The notes under the pieces were generated by a model. That model ran no database searches. It saw nothing but the letters and a program-made list of their open reading frames with translations, and was not told where the DNA came from. A stretch of 63,986 bases of DNA, counting the filler, from Nemertoderma westbladi (lineage: Eukaryota > Animalia > Xenacoelomorpha), in NCBI GenBank assembly GCA_032718475.1. It is 3 parts of 3 records of this genome, joined end to end, with 100 filler letters (N's around TTAATTAATTAA, not from the genome) between each part and the next. Parts side by side here need not be neighbours in the genome. Positions count along the whole stretch, not along the records: positions 29,626 to 54,093 come from JAUCBJ010005667.1; positions 54,194 to 63,986 come from JAUCBJ010003329.1; 1 more part is not named here. One strand, given 5' to 3'. Numbering within the stretch: position 1 is the stretch's first letter; every line of letters begins with the position of its first letter. This document shows, one piece after another, positions 50,454 through 62,791 of the stretch. The translations under genes were made by a program, and so were the position numbers.

Positions 50454-52744
50454 TTAATATAAAAGAAGCCCATGCGCGTTAAATTTTAATGCGGTTTTAA
50501 TGAACTATTATTCATTCAGTTTTTGTTGGGAGAATCATGTGAACGACCACCTAAATTTGTATAAAATTTTGGATAATAGTTTAACAAGTTAACAATCGTA
50601 TTTTTTGAAATTTTCTTGCTCTACTAGAAAATAGACATGTTGAACATGTAATTATTACACATCTTCTGCATTTTTGAACGAATTTATTTACAAGTATGCG
50701 AGGTGGGGTTCAAGTCACCCACCCTAGGTGTCAAGTCTCCCCCCATTGAGGGAGACTTGGACTTTTTTTCGAAAATACGAATAATTGGTTTAATTTAAAA
50801 AGTTTAAGACTTGAAATTCTCAAACTCTCACATAATGATAGCAATCATAAATGTAATGTGAAAAAGTTAAAACGGCATTGAATAATTTATTTATCTGTTC
50901 TTTAGAGCGATTATAACTTTTGGGTTTCAAGTATCCCTCACTCACCCTACCACATGAAATTTGAAATATATTGTTTTACCTCCCTCATCCATACTGGGTA
51001 CGTCAGAATATTTATTTTCGCTTTCAATCCTTAAATACAAGCGTTTGAAAAGTAATTAAAGAGCCTCAAGATGATGCTAAAACTTGCCACTTCAGAATGC
51101 TAATATTCCACTCAATTTTATTAAGATTCAGAGGGGGGTGATTGTATTTTTGATATTATTTTTTGTTATTTATGCTAGCTACACAGTAGTGTTTTTTCCA
51201 AGTATCTATTGTAAATGAACTTAGCTAAATTATGATTTTTGGTCAACAAATCGAGCAGTTGCTGATCTTGCAGAAGATTCATGACTGGTAGATTACAAAC
51301 AAACGACAAATGTGCTGAGGTCGATTTCTTGTCAGTCTCAAATAATCACAATCTCACAATCAAAATAACATGTCGCAGCTCCGATCCCTGATTAAAGAAA
51401 ATATCGACGTTGATGAAGTTTTATCATTTAGTAACAGAAGCCATCCACCCACATGCTCGAGCATACCAACCTTTGAGCTTAAAGTATGCTCATCAATCAT
51501 TATTATGATGATCTAAGGACATGCGTAGAACATAGTCAACCACAATTATGAACAATTAATAGCAGATAGGGGGAGATCCACCTGTGTTTAGTTTATTGTT
51601 TTGGTTAAAATAACATGCCACTGTAACCTGCTCCTCTCCCTAAATTGAGAATTTAACATTGAGGCGGGATATTAATTCGTCAAGGCGGGTTTTGCGTCCA
51701 GTTTCCCCGTGTCTCCCTAATAGATAGTAATTAAATAGACTCAATAAATTTTCAAACGCATGTAGTTAATTAAGTATTGAAAGCGAAAATAAATATTCTG
51801 ACGCGTTAATTGGTGGCCAAGTCACTGAATTAAGACACAATAATTCCAGGAGATGGTGTAGGTACGCACCAACGAAGTGGAACTGGCATTTACCAATAAT
51901 ATATAAAAATAGCTATTAAAATAAGTTGTTTCAAAATTATAATACTTACTATTGAAATGAATCATAAAAAAATGTTCTAGAAGACTTTTATTATAAAATC
52001 CTTCAAATATATGAAAAATGATTTTAAAAACGTGTGCCTACTAAATTTAGTAGGGAGAATGCAGCTTTCATGGTCGTACAGTATATATACGTGTAGTAGG
52101 TCATGATATATCATATACAATTACACAATAGCACAAAATCTACTGTATTACCTACCGTATAATTAGGTCATTGGTGGTTCGTAAATATATAAACCAAAAC
52201 AAATAATGATAACTAAAGATTCTTCAACGTATTTTCATTGCTCCACCGAACCTTTCGGCCAACTTGGACCCTTAGATACGGCTTGTAATCCAAAGTAGGA
52301 TGCGCCATAGCTCCATCAGGATTGATGAAGAACCACAGGTTATGACACAGGCCTTTTACATTGGAGTTATCTGAATTATTAACACGAGAGAAAATGGAAA
52401 ATATATAATACAGTATTATAATTTATATATAATAATATGTAATACAGATTTAAATGTATTAACTCTATTAATCACAAATATAGTGTCGGCATCCTCCGTT
52501 CTAGAATATTTGAAAAGAATTCGGAATGATGTATTATATGCTACTATCACTTTACGTAGATTTTCTACTCGAAATGTGGATCATGTGTTATGTCTGTGTT
52601 TTGGTTTGTTTTAATTCTGGGGGTAGTGAATTCCATGTTAAGGTCCTGTTGAATTTGAGTGATCTTTGGGTTGATACTATGTTGACACAAGGTATAAAAT
52701 GTTATTTGTTGAATCTACGGAGCCCCTAAAGGAAAAAAAAGATT

Positions 52745-53280
52745 TATCTATAGCGCTCCACGGCATCAATCGTCCATGGGTGGAATATAAACAATTCCTT
52801 ACGCAATTCTTATGTCCAGTAATCACATAGTCTGCAGGCCTTGTTGAAGCCTTGTGAAAATTAAAAAAAAGAAAATAAAACAATTATTTACTTGGTGTGG
52901 TTAGTTATTATTTATTATAATAATTAAATAGACAATTATAAACAAGCAGATATAATTTATTTAATACAGACAAACAATCAAATAAAGATAATTTATTCAA
53001 AACAGAAAAAGGAAAATGTATTAAAGAAATATGATTAAAGTGATTAAAGATTGATTGATTATTATAACTATAATTATTAGTAATTAATTAATTCAATTAT
53101 TGAATTACTCATAAGAAAATTGATCAGCATAGTTGATTCATACTGTTCAAGAGGCCCGCGGACGCGATCCACAACAATGAATTTGAGTAAACTTGTAACC
53201 AGGTCATCTCTATCTTGGTATTTCATCGCAAGGTTAAATCCACCAATTAAACCTATGAGATCTTCTGCGTTCGAAACTAA
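52745..53280 (-). pseudogene. G2E3-like HECT-domain gene fragments (two exons), disabled
   Basis: Exon ending CA|gtatga at 53144 joins an exon starting aag|G at 52850, giving DRDDLVTSLLKFIVVDRVRGPLEQLQQGLQTM*LLDI..KELF. TGA at 52823-52825 sits where Gly is expected. Family call is from motif recall only. Confidence 0.5.
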
Positions 53281-54090
53281 CCCGCTTATAACCCGGCCTG
53301 ATTGCCAACTAACCCGGTACCATTGCCAACGAACCCAGCCCCATCGCCAACTAACGCATAATCCTCGCCACCTATAACCCGCCCTGATCACCAACTAACC
53401 CAGCCCCATCGCCAACTAACCTGGCACCATTGCCAATGAACCCGGCCCCATCACCAAGTAACGCAGCATCCTCAACCACCTATAACCCGGCCTGATCACC
53501 AACTAACCCAGCCCCATCGCCAACTAACCCGGCACCATTGCCAATGAACCCAGCCCCATCGCCAACTAACGCAGCATCCTCGCCACCTATAACCCGATCC
53601 GATCGCCAACGAACCCAACCCCATCACCAACTAACGCAGCATCCTCGCCACCTATAACCCGGCCCGATCGCCAACTAACCTGGCACCATCGCCTACTAAC
53701 CTGGCACCATTGCCAACAAACCCAGCCTCATCGCCAACTAACGCAGCATCCTCGCCACCTATAACCTGGCCTGATCGCCAACTAACCCGGCACCATCACC
53801 AACTAACCCGGCACTATTGCCAACGAACCCAGCCCAATCGCCAACTAATGCAGCATCCTCGCCACCTATAACCCGGCCTGATCGCCAACTAACCCGGCAC
53901 CATTGCCAACTAACCCGACACCATTGCCAATGAACCCAGCCCCATCACCAACTAACGCAGCATCCTCACCACCTATAACCCGGCCCGACAGCCAATTAAC
54001 CCAGACCCATCACCAACTAACACCGCATCCTCGCCACCTATAACCCGGTCCGATTGCCAACTAACCCGGCACCATCGCCAACTACTACTA
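53280..54090. repeat. Degenerate ~21-bp-based GC-rich satellite
   Basis: Variants AACCCGGCACCATTGCCAACT, AACCCAGCCCCATCGCCAACT and AACGCAGCATCCTCGCCACCTAT cycle. Confidence 0.93.
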
Positions 54091-54093
54091 GGA

Positions 54094-54193
54094 NNNNNNN
54101 NNNNNNNNNNNNNNNNNNNNNNNNNNNNNNNNNNNNNTTAATTAATTAANNNNNNNNNNNNNNNNNNNNNNNNNNNNNNNNNNNNNNNNNNNN
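54094..54193. other. Artificial 100-bp scaffold spacer
   Basis: 44 N + TTAATTAATTAA + 44 N. Confidence 0.98.
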
Positions 54194-54573
54194 CCCGCAC
54201 CTACAGCACTGGGGGTGTGTGTAGACTGATATCTCACACAATGCATCGGCCCGCACCTACAGCACTGGGGGTGTGTGTAGACTGATATCTCCCGCACCTA
54301 CTGCACTGGGGGTGTGTGTAGACTGATATCTCCCGCACCTACAGCACTGGGGGTGTGTGTAGACTGATATCTCACACAATGCATCGGCCCGCACCTATAG
54401 CACTGGGGGTGTGTGTAGACTGATATCTCCCGCACCTACTAGCACTGGGGGTGTGTGTAGACTGATCTCACACAATGCATCGGCCCGCACCTACAGCACT
54501 GGGGGTGTGTGTAGACTGATATCTCACACAATGCATCGGCCCGCACCTACTGCACTGGGGGTGTGTGTAGACT
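54194..54573. repeat. Minisatellite with two unit lengths (~41 and ~56 bp)
   Basis: CCCGCACCTACAGCACTGGGGGTGTGTGTAGACTGATATCT with or without CACACAATGCATCGG. Confidence 0.93.
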
Positions 54574-54795
54574 CTACTTTTACGATCGGCATGCTGCATT
54601 GCAGCTGCATTATATATATATATATATATATTAAGAATGCTGTGCCGGCTTGAGACTCTAGCGAGAAGTGGGACAGTGGGCTGGGTGGGGGTCGAGCATA
54701 GGACTTGGTAAACTAGGTTTATAGGTCCTGACAAGAATTCTGTGTGGATGTGGCACTCATTGTGACATGTGGCAGCTGAAGTTTTGGCAGAGTGA
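54574..54795 (-). mobile_element. Short element sharing the RTE LINE 3' end (possible bipartite non-autonomous RTE)
   Basis: GATCGGCATGCTGCATTGCAGCTGCAT..TAAGAATGCTGTGC matches 10916-10958; the distal part weakly resembles the LINE 5' UTR at ~19100-19195. Confidence 0.55.
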
Positions 54796-55299
54796 AGGTT
54801 TGAAACATGATACTAAAGGAACACGATATTAATTAACTGCTTGGAGCTTAGAAACAATATTGTTGAACGAATTAAAAGTATGGCACAGATAGTAAAGAGA
54901 ATGAAAACCAAAGTAAATATAAAAAGTAGTTATTCGACTAATTATTATTTATTTTATTGATTATATTTAAATAATAACTGCTGGAGTGATTTATTAATGA
55001 ATAAATATCATAAGAATACAGGACAATATTGTAATTATCAATATGTTACAAATTCAATCTCTAAAAGTATGTTAACACAACGTACGTGTTGAGGTGTAGG
55101 CGTAATGGGCATATCTGGATGGCTAGCGACACTTTGGAATATTTTAGAACGCCAATGAAAGCAAAAAAATCTAGAATCGCCTCATATAGATGTCCTTATT
55201 TACATAGACATAAACACCCCCCCCATCCACACACACACGTTATGTGAACGAACTTTATTAACATATTTCAATATACAGTTGTTACACGTGCGTGGGGAA

Positions 55300-55537
55300 A
55301 ATTACTGGACCTAATTATTCGCCCCCTAGCGGTCGACATATATAAGTGTGTCTGTTTGTAGAATTTCTAAATTTTTAATAGACTACATCTACTACGTATG
55401 TGTACCAAGTTTGGTTTCAATTCATCGAAGATTGACCGACTTCATAGCGTTCAAACATTTTCCACAACGATAGACGGGTTCACTAATTGTTCCCCTACAC
55501 CAAGGCTCACCTGGACTTACGTGGCTCGCCCCACAGG
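55300..55537 (+). mobile_element. Short interspersed repeat, same family as 4130-4411
   Basis: Shared TACCAAGTTTGGTT...AAGGCTCAC...CGTGGCTCGCCCCACAG. Confidence 0.55.
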
Positions 55538-56692
55538 AATATGCTAGCTAAGTATGGTACCACATAACAACAACTAATGCATCTAAAGGCACTTTTAGTT
55601 ATTGCAGTGGTTACAAATTGGCTGAAATGAAGAAATATTTAGGTAGATAGTAGATTAGGCTTGGGGGGGGGATTATTAAAATGAAAATATATATTTAATA
55701 CCATATTTGTTTGCACTATAATATTTATTTAAATACTTATTATCTAATATTATTATTATTAACTTATGCTGGTAAAACTTAAGTGTAAGAAAATAATCAC
55801 AAAAAACTTATTTTACAAGATAAAGTAAGGAATGCATGCAAGCAAACTCTTTATTTACAAAAACCACAATAGAAAACAATAACTATTAATTAGCTATATA
55901 TACATACATACATACATACACACATGGGAAGAATTAGTTTGTAGTGGCAAAAAGGATAACCTAATATATATAGAAGATAAGTTATTAAATTTAACAAAAA
56001 AATATGTAAAAATGTAATTCCTAAAGCCGATAAGCCCCAATATAGTCGGTATTGATTCACCTACAATGAAATTAAATATTTATAATTGAATTGAATTAAA
56101 TTGAAAACGATTTATTAATATTAAACATTTAGCACAAAATGGTAAAATACAATTTATTTGTATAAACCAATTATAATATTGTTGGTATCAGATTATTAAT
56201 TAGCAATAAATATTGGATAACATTAATTATTTAAAAAAATTATAATTATTTATCATTGAAGAGTTTCTAAATATCTAACCTAAACAATCATTAATTAATT
56301 AATTGGCACAACAATTTATTATTAATTAATTACATAAAAGACTAATTACAATATTATCTAGTTAAAAATGCCAGCAAATAAATAAACTCAAATAAATTGT
56401 ATTTTGTGAGAATCTTCTGTGTTTCAGTTGCGTTTCGAGATAACCAAAATATATAATGTGATACAACTAGACTAGAACAAACAATTGCACAGCTGGCAAT
56501 AATATTAAGTGTAAAAGTAAATCTAAACGAACACACATTGTGAGTGAATTAAATGAACACCAAGAATAATATATAATACAGGTGAACGTCTGAACGCAAA
56601 AATAAAAATCAACCTGAGGAAAAATATCGATGGCTATTAATGGAGAGAGAGAGAGAGAGAAAGGCACAAAAGGTATAAAACCAAAACAGTGT

Positions 56693-57466
56693 AGGAACTC
56701 ATGAGTTTATACAAACGTATTGGTGCTAAGCAGGAACTCATGAGTTTATACAAACGTATTGGTGCTAAGCAGGAACTCATGAGTTCATACAAACGTATTG
56801 GGGCTAAGCAGGAACTCATGAGTTTATACAAACGTATTGGGGCTAAGCAGGAACTCATGAGTTTATACAAATGTATTGGTGCTAAGCAGGAACTCATGAG
56901 TTTATACAAACGTATTGGTGCTAAGCAGGAACTCATGAGTTTATACAAACGTATTGGGGCTAAGCAGGAACTCATGAGTTCATACAAACGTATTGGTGCT
57001 AAGCAGGAACTCATGAGTTTATACAAACGTATTGGGGCTAAGCAGGAACTCATGAGTTTATACAAACGTATTGGGGCTAAGCAGGAACTCATGAGTTTAT
57101 ACAAACGTATTGGGGCTAAGCAGGAACTCATGAGTTTATACAAACGTATTGAGGCTAAGCAGGAACTAATGAGTTTATACAAACGTATTGGGGCTAAGCA
57201 GGAACTCATGAGTTTATACAAACGTATTGGGGCTAAGCAGGAACTCATGAGTTTATACAAACGTATTGAGGCTAAGCAGGAACTAATGAGTTTATACAAA
57301 CGTATTGGTGCTAAGCAGGAACTCATGAGTTTATACAAACGTATTGGGGCTAAGCAGGAACTCATGAGTTTATACAAACGTATTGGTGCTAAGCAGGAAC
57401 TAATGAGTTTATACAAACGTATTGGGGCTAAGCAGGAACTCATGAGTTCATACAAACGTATTGGTG
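56693..57466. repeat. Minisatellite, 39-bp unit, ~20 copies
   Basis: AGGAACTCATGAGTTTATACAAACGTATTGG(T/G)GCTAAGC in tandem; contains palindrome AACTCATGAGTT. Confidence 0.98.
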
Positions 57467-58236
57467 TTAAATATTAAGTAAGTTAACACTATAATGTAAC
57501 TAGTTGATCAGCCAATCAGAGTTGGGTGGATGAAAATTAAAACTATCCTGGGAGATAAAGAAAGAAGATCATTAAATTATATTATATTAAACTATACCCC
57601 GGTCAGTATGAGACAGAGGGGAAAACTGGGAGGAAATTACATCTCCGCGAAATAATATAACGTCTTAATGGTAAATCATCAATTAAGGTAAAATGGAGCA
57701 GGTTACTGTTGTAACCAAAACAATAAACTTATGTGTGAGTACAACAGTATTATTGAATTTCCCTCTAGAAACGGATCAATTTTAATAATAATATAGGCCT
57801 ACATAAACATATAATTACTCCTCTGGTTTAAAAGAAAGCAAAAATGTTAAATCATATTATATTTAAGGCGCCAATTTTATAATTAAGGTGATTATTTTAT
57901 ACGAGGGAGCAGAATATGGAAAAGATACGTTGATTGTACCTTCCTTAAGATTAATCGATTGCCTATTTCCTGTGACATTCGAGATAATGGTAACTAAGTA
58001 AAAATAAAAATAAAAAAACATTGAAACTTAATTTCGAATAAAGCTATCAGCATTAAGGGCAGCAGGGGGGGGGAGTGTCTGTAGGTTACTCATACTGTGT
58101 AGTTTTTATAGTAAAAATATTTGATTTATATTAAATAAATCGAACAAGCCTATCCCTTAAATCTCCATTGTGTTGCGTTAAACACATTTAAGGGCCTATC
58201 AATGAAATATTGGGTAGTAACCCAAAGAACCTCGGA

Positions 58237-58989
58237 CTATCTACTAGACACCCTCAACCCGCACCTCCGTTTCGTTTTCGACTTATTAACCCTCCGCGTC
58301 TCCGCTATCATTCTCACCAGTTTCTCCAACCCCTCCGGCAAGCCCTCCCCCGTAATGGCGCACGCCGGACGGATACACCAACGGCGATCAGCGACCCAGC
58401 CACCCAGTCCCAACGCGTCGCGGACTACATCAACCTCCTCGGCCTCCTCGAGATCCTGTTTGTTCGCGAAGACGAGAAGCGGGAGACCGCGAGTGGCGGG
58501 GAACTTCAGCACGTTGGAGAGTTCCGTAGAAGCCTCCTCGAAACGGGAGGGAACGCTCGAATCCACGACGAATATCAAGGCCTTCGCGCCGCGACAGTAG
58601 GTCTGCCATAACGGACGAACCTTCATGTCCCCGCCGGTGTCCCACACCTTCAACTTCACTCGATTCTGCTGCCTCAGCATTATACTTTCGGTATTGAACC
58701 CGATCGTCGGCATAGTGTTTATAAACTCGTTCAACTTTATTCTGTAAAGGATTGTTGTTTTACCCGCCGATTCCAATCCCAGCATCACTATGGGGACCGG
58801 GTACAGGGTCGGGAACAGACAGACTCTGGCCCCGAGGCCGCACGGGCAGCAACCGCGTCTACGCGACGGGCTGTTTTCTTCCCCGTCGTATAACGGACCG
58901 GCGCCATGGAAATTGTCGCGAGTCGCCGATTCCGATGATGTATCTTTGTATCGCAGACCACCGCCCCTAGTAGAAATGCGGTTTATCAT
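58237..58989 (-). CDS. ARL4: ADP-ribosylation factor-like GTPase, ARL4-like, intronless, 250 aa
   Basis: [76 protein letters not shown] and a basic C-tail all align with ARL4A/C. Intact GC-rich ORF. Confidence 0.93.
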   Translation of the reverse strand: MINRISTRGGGLRYKDTSSESATRDNFHGAGPLYDGEENSPSRRRGCCPCGLGARVCLFPTLYPVPIVMLGLESAGKTTILYRIKLNEFINTMPTIGFNTESIMLRQQNRVKLKVWDTGGDMKVRPLWQTYCRGAKALIFVVDSSVPSRFEEASTELSNVLKFPATRGLPLLVFANKQDLEEAEEVDVVRDALGLGGWVADRRWCIRPACAITGEGLPEGLEKLVRMIAETRRVNKSKTKRRCGLRVSSR

Positions 58990-59330
58990 TTGTATTGCAG
59001 GTATCCTGGTATCAGGGTATTGCTGTATTGATTGACAGTTCTTTTCTTAGTATAGTACCGGCTGACCGGCCTGGCAGTCAGGCAGTAGCGGTCGAAATCG
59101 CCCAAATCGGCCCCGTTTCCCGTTTGTCTGTTCGCTTCGTCCCGTCCTCCGTCCTCGCTGGGGCATTACAGCATTAGGTCCCAGCCCCTGGCAACCAGGC
59201 TTCACGAAATTACGGTGTACACTTGGCGTCGCGTAGGCGTAACCATTGGAAAGTTCGCGTACCGGTATCGGCAGACCGGAAAAAATAAATAAATTTTATA
59301 GGCAGATAGGCGCATGTATGCAGGCCTACA
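58990..59330 (-). promoter_or_regulatory. CpG-rich 5' flank / probable promoter of the ARL4-like gene
   Basis: Locally GC- and CpG-rich against an AT-rich background, directly upstream of the ATG; TSS not located. Confidence 0.4.
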
Positions 59331-59933
59331 GAATACAGATATACCACCACCACCCCAGTACAGCAGTATACGGGCGGTAATATTATTAATCAGAAAATAT
59401 CCGCAGTATGTATATGCCTGTATGCTATATATATACTGAACTTATACAATCAGATAAATACAATACTGCATCTGCAATAGTAGTCAGGTCAGCAGGTAGG
59501 CTAGTGGCTTGGCCTAGTGCTAGTCTGCTATAGTCAGATAGTACCTACAGTAGTTGCTCTTGCTAGTACCGTACTGCAACTGATCAGCGATCACTCAAGT
59601 CATAGCCAGCAACCCCATGGTCTGGTCATAGCCATACTGCCATAGGTTATATAAATAAAACCAGTTGCAATGTAATTATTATTTGGCACCTCATATGAGA
59701 TTAAGGTGTATGGTGTAGTAAGTGAAGTAGTGCATGCAGGGTTGTTGACTATGGTTGAGCCAATACATTCATTTGTCAGTTTGTAGTAAATAATAATTTC
59801 AGTAAGCAGAAACTGACTCTTAGAGATGTTATGTGATGTGATATACACTACACGCCCACACCCACTTGTTCCTACTACTTAAACTGTTAAATATGAATAT
59901 GACTTGATGGAATGTCTATAAGTAAGGCCTAAA

Positions 59934-60296
59934 AGCCCCGTTCACAGAAACATTTCGCTGTGACAGCGCTGTCAAAGTGCGTAAAAATGTCCCAAATCCA
60001 CCACTATTCGGTGTCACCGCGACAGATAGGGAGGGAAACTGGACGCAATAAAAATTCATTCGACGCAAATAACAGCTGATTACTCTCAATAATAAAACTG
60101 TAACCTGTTCTATTGTGTTTAGTTTATTGTTTTGGTTAAAATAACGTGCCACTGTAACCTGTTCCTTTCCCTAAATTGAGAATTTAACATTGAGGCGGGA
60201 TATTAATTCGCCAAGGCGGGTTTTGCGTCGAGTTCCCCCCCCCCCCCCCCCCCCCCCCCCCGGTCTCCACCGCGAAGTGTATCTGTGAACCGGTGT
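59934..60296. mobile_element. PIF/Harbinger-like MITE with a nested TA-MITE
   Basis: Imperfect 25-bp TIRs AGCCCCGTTCACAGAAACATTTCGC / GCGAAGTGTATCTGTGAACCGGTGT with 3-bp AAA flanks. Confidence 0.6.
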
Positions 60297-60689
60297 AAAC
60301 GCTACGTCAGCAACTACATCCGACCCTCTTACATTTGCAAACTTACCTCTTAATAACCTTCACCTTCAATTGTGATCAATTGTCGCTCATGCCTCATGGC
60401 AGCATGGCAGTGCTGCGGTGAGGAAAACCTAAATCCTTGTATCACTCACATGCCTAACTTTGCCTTCCCAGGTATTTCGCTTGATAACATTTTATCAGTT
60501 TATAGGGTGAACCCAACCCAATAACGCCTTTGATCTGTTGGTGACGCTTTTCTCTCCTCCGTTTTACCATTTATAGATAAAATAGGTTTCTGTTGGATCA
60601 CTCATTATATAAAAACGAATTAAAGCTTATTAATTTTACAAATCCCACTTATAACTTACCAGAGGATTTGTGGAGCACGGGAGCTATAC

Positions 60690-61692
60690 TTTGACTTTCG
60701 ACATCATCTGCGATCTGGACTCAGACAAAATCTGAAAACGACTTATGACTCTTGACTTGGAGCACGGGCCTTTAGTCTCCGCGCTAGCAGAACAAAGAGG
60801 GAGGCTCTTGCATCCGAGGTGGCAGATCTCTGGCTGAGGATATACTGCCTTTATAGAGCCAGTTAAGCTAGCAGCTGCAGAAACAGTTCCTATACACCCT
60901 CGAAACAGAAAAAAGCCCCCTGGTCCTAGACTGACCACAGAATTCGGTAGTGCCGAAATGACCTCTATAATGGGTAGAATTAGTCCTGCCGGCTCGGGGC
61001 ACTAGGACAGTCAATGGATGAGGTTAAGGCAGCATCTAGGTCCCTTAACAGGCAGTACTCTGATAATCTGAAAGAGCTTATCTTACCACATAATTGTAGA
61101 TTACAGGCAACGGCATCCTGACAAACTATCATGGGATCAGTCTCCTTGTTGTGGTAGCTGCCAAAGTATAAAGTACAACGAAATGGAATTAGACATCACA
61201 GAGATAGAAAATTCTGGAAACCCTAAGAGTTTATGGAATACCAGAAGTAATCGTGGCTCTGGCATATATTGTGGCACAGAAGCGCAGGTATAATGAATGG
61301 ATTAGATTAAAGGCGAATCCAGGGGGGTCGATCGACCAACTCCCAAGCGCCGCGCGCTGTATGTCTATGTCTGTAAACTTTTAAAACGACCATCGCACAA
61401 ATTTACAGGGTAAAAATTCCAGTTTAGTTTGAGCAAGACTTGATATTTCCTTTTCCTGTACTGCACATTGAACAACTTGAAGTTTTCAAATATATTTTCC
61501 GTTAAATTAGCAATCCCAAAATAGAAGGCCCATATTATATGTAAACCAGTTGTAAATATATACTAGATTTGGGAGAAACGAAATTGATGGAGAATCGGGA
61601 ATCCTGGAAGGATCTCATTTCCACTGCCCGAGCTCGCACAACGAGCTTCCACTGCCCGAGCTCGCACAACGAGCTTCCACTGCCCGAGCTAG
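60690..61692 (+). mobile_element. Heavily decayed RTE-type LINE fragments
   Basis: YTAFIEPVKLAAAETVP..RNRKKP, LTNYHGISLLVVVAAKV (NYRGISLL motif, ~61120-61170) and C-terminal LMENRESWKDL..ARA followed by a short tandem repeat. Confidence 0.7.
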
Positions 61693-62296
61693 TGTTAACT
61701 TGACAATAAATCACTTTTATACCACTAAACCCAATAAAGATCCAACCATCCTAAGATGAAAATAAATAACCTTACCTATATTGAAATTTTTTTACCTTTA
61801 AACACAATATTGACCAAAAAGGCCCCGTACAAAAATACCATGAAGCATGTATTAAGTATTATTATAATAAAACGGAATAATTCTCAATATCGTTAAAAAT
61901 CCCCAATATCTTTAATAGCAATAGGCCTACTGTAGTACCCCACCTCTTTGACACTGTTGTTTACATGACAAACATAGAAATTAAAGAATTAAAAAATGGT
62001 GAGAATCCTGATGCCGATTTAGTTATTGATAGTTACCAACTTTTCAAATCATCTTATTTATCAAAAACACATTATTAATAATTATAACAAGCACCCCTCC
62101 ACCGAATATTATACACCCAAGTAACATTTTCCGCTTGTGGCTTCTTTTTTTTAACCGCCCACATTCACTGTGGGGATGTACAAGCAAAATAACCATAACA
62201 AACTTAGATCTTACATAAGTTATCAAAGTACTAAAAATGAAGTAAATAAAATTACTTAACTAATAATTTAGTCTCTACCAGAGGATTATCCCTAGT

Positions 62297-62791
62297 TTAG
62301 GTCTCGAGTTCTGTTTTGCCTTCCTCCTCTTCTGGAATTGCTAATATTCGAGTCAGAGGAACATGTTTCTCATACTTGTCTGAGCTTCCCACTCTCTCAA
62401 TACCCTCCCAGTAGATGTCATCCGTATAGCTGTTAGAGGGATCGAAATCACCAGTGCAGAGTTTACTTCTTATCAGAATTCCTAAATAAAATTCCAAAAG
62501 GAAAACTTTATGTGGCGAAGGTTAACAATGTTTCTAAATAATTCGTGATTTGAATTCCATTCGCCCTCTAACATTCGTGCGGGTTGGTCCACAGTTATTG
62601 AAGAATAATTTAACGAAAAGTTGGATCGGATGAGTAACACAAGGTCGTAGGCGTGCTGTAGTTGCACGAGGCAGAGGAGCTAATGTTAAACTCTGAAATG
62701 GTTTGAGGAGCAGTGCTAGTCCGGCTAAGAAATTACCACATTTTTCATAACTAACTTTTCGAATATCTAGAACTAACGAATTTTTTAACAC
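62297..62791 (-). pseudogene. Possible frameshifted coding relic, unidentified
   Basis: Three overlapping minus-strand ORFs chain into ~165 aa with two frameshifts; no family recognised. Confidence 0.25.

Larger units (their letters stand above)
47873..52105. mobile_element. Non-autonomous P/Galileo-like foldback element with >400-bp TIRs
   Basis: CATGACCTACTA ... TAGTAGGTCATG termini; 7-bp TSD ATATATC (47866-47872 and 52106-52112); arms ~47873-48300 and ~51585-52105. Confidence 0.85.

Noticed and set aside
56637-57477. Overlapping 272-aa and 258-aa ORFs on opposite strands
   Set aside because: A 39-bp unit with no stop explains both; no other sign of coding.
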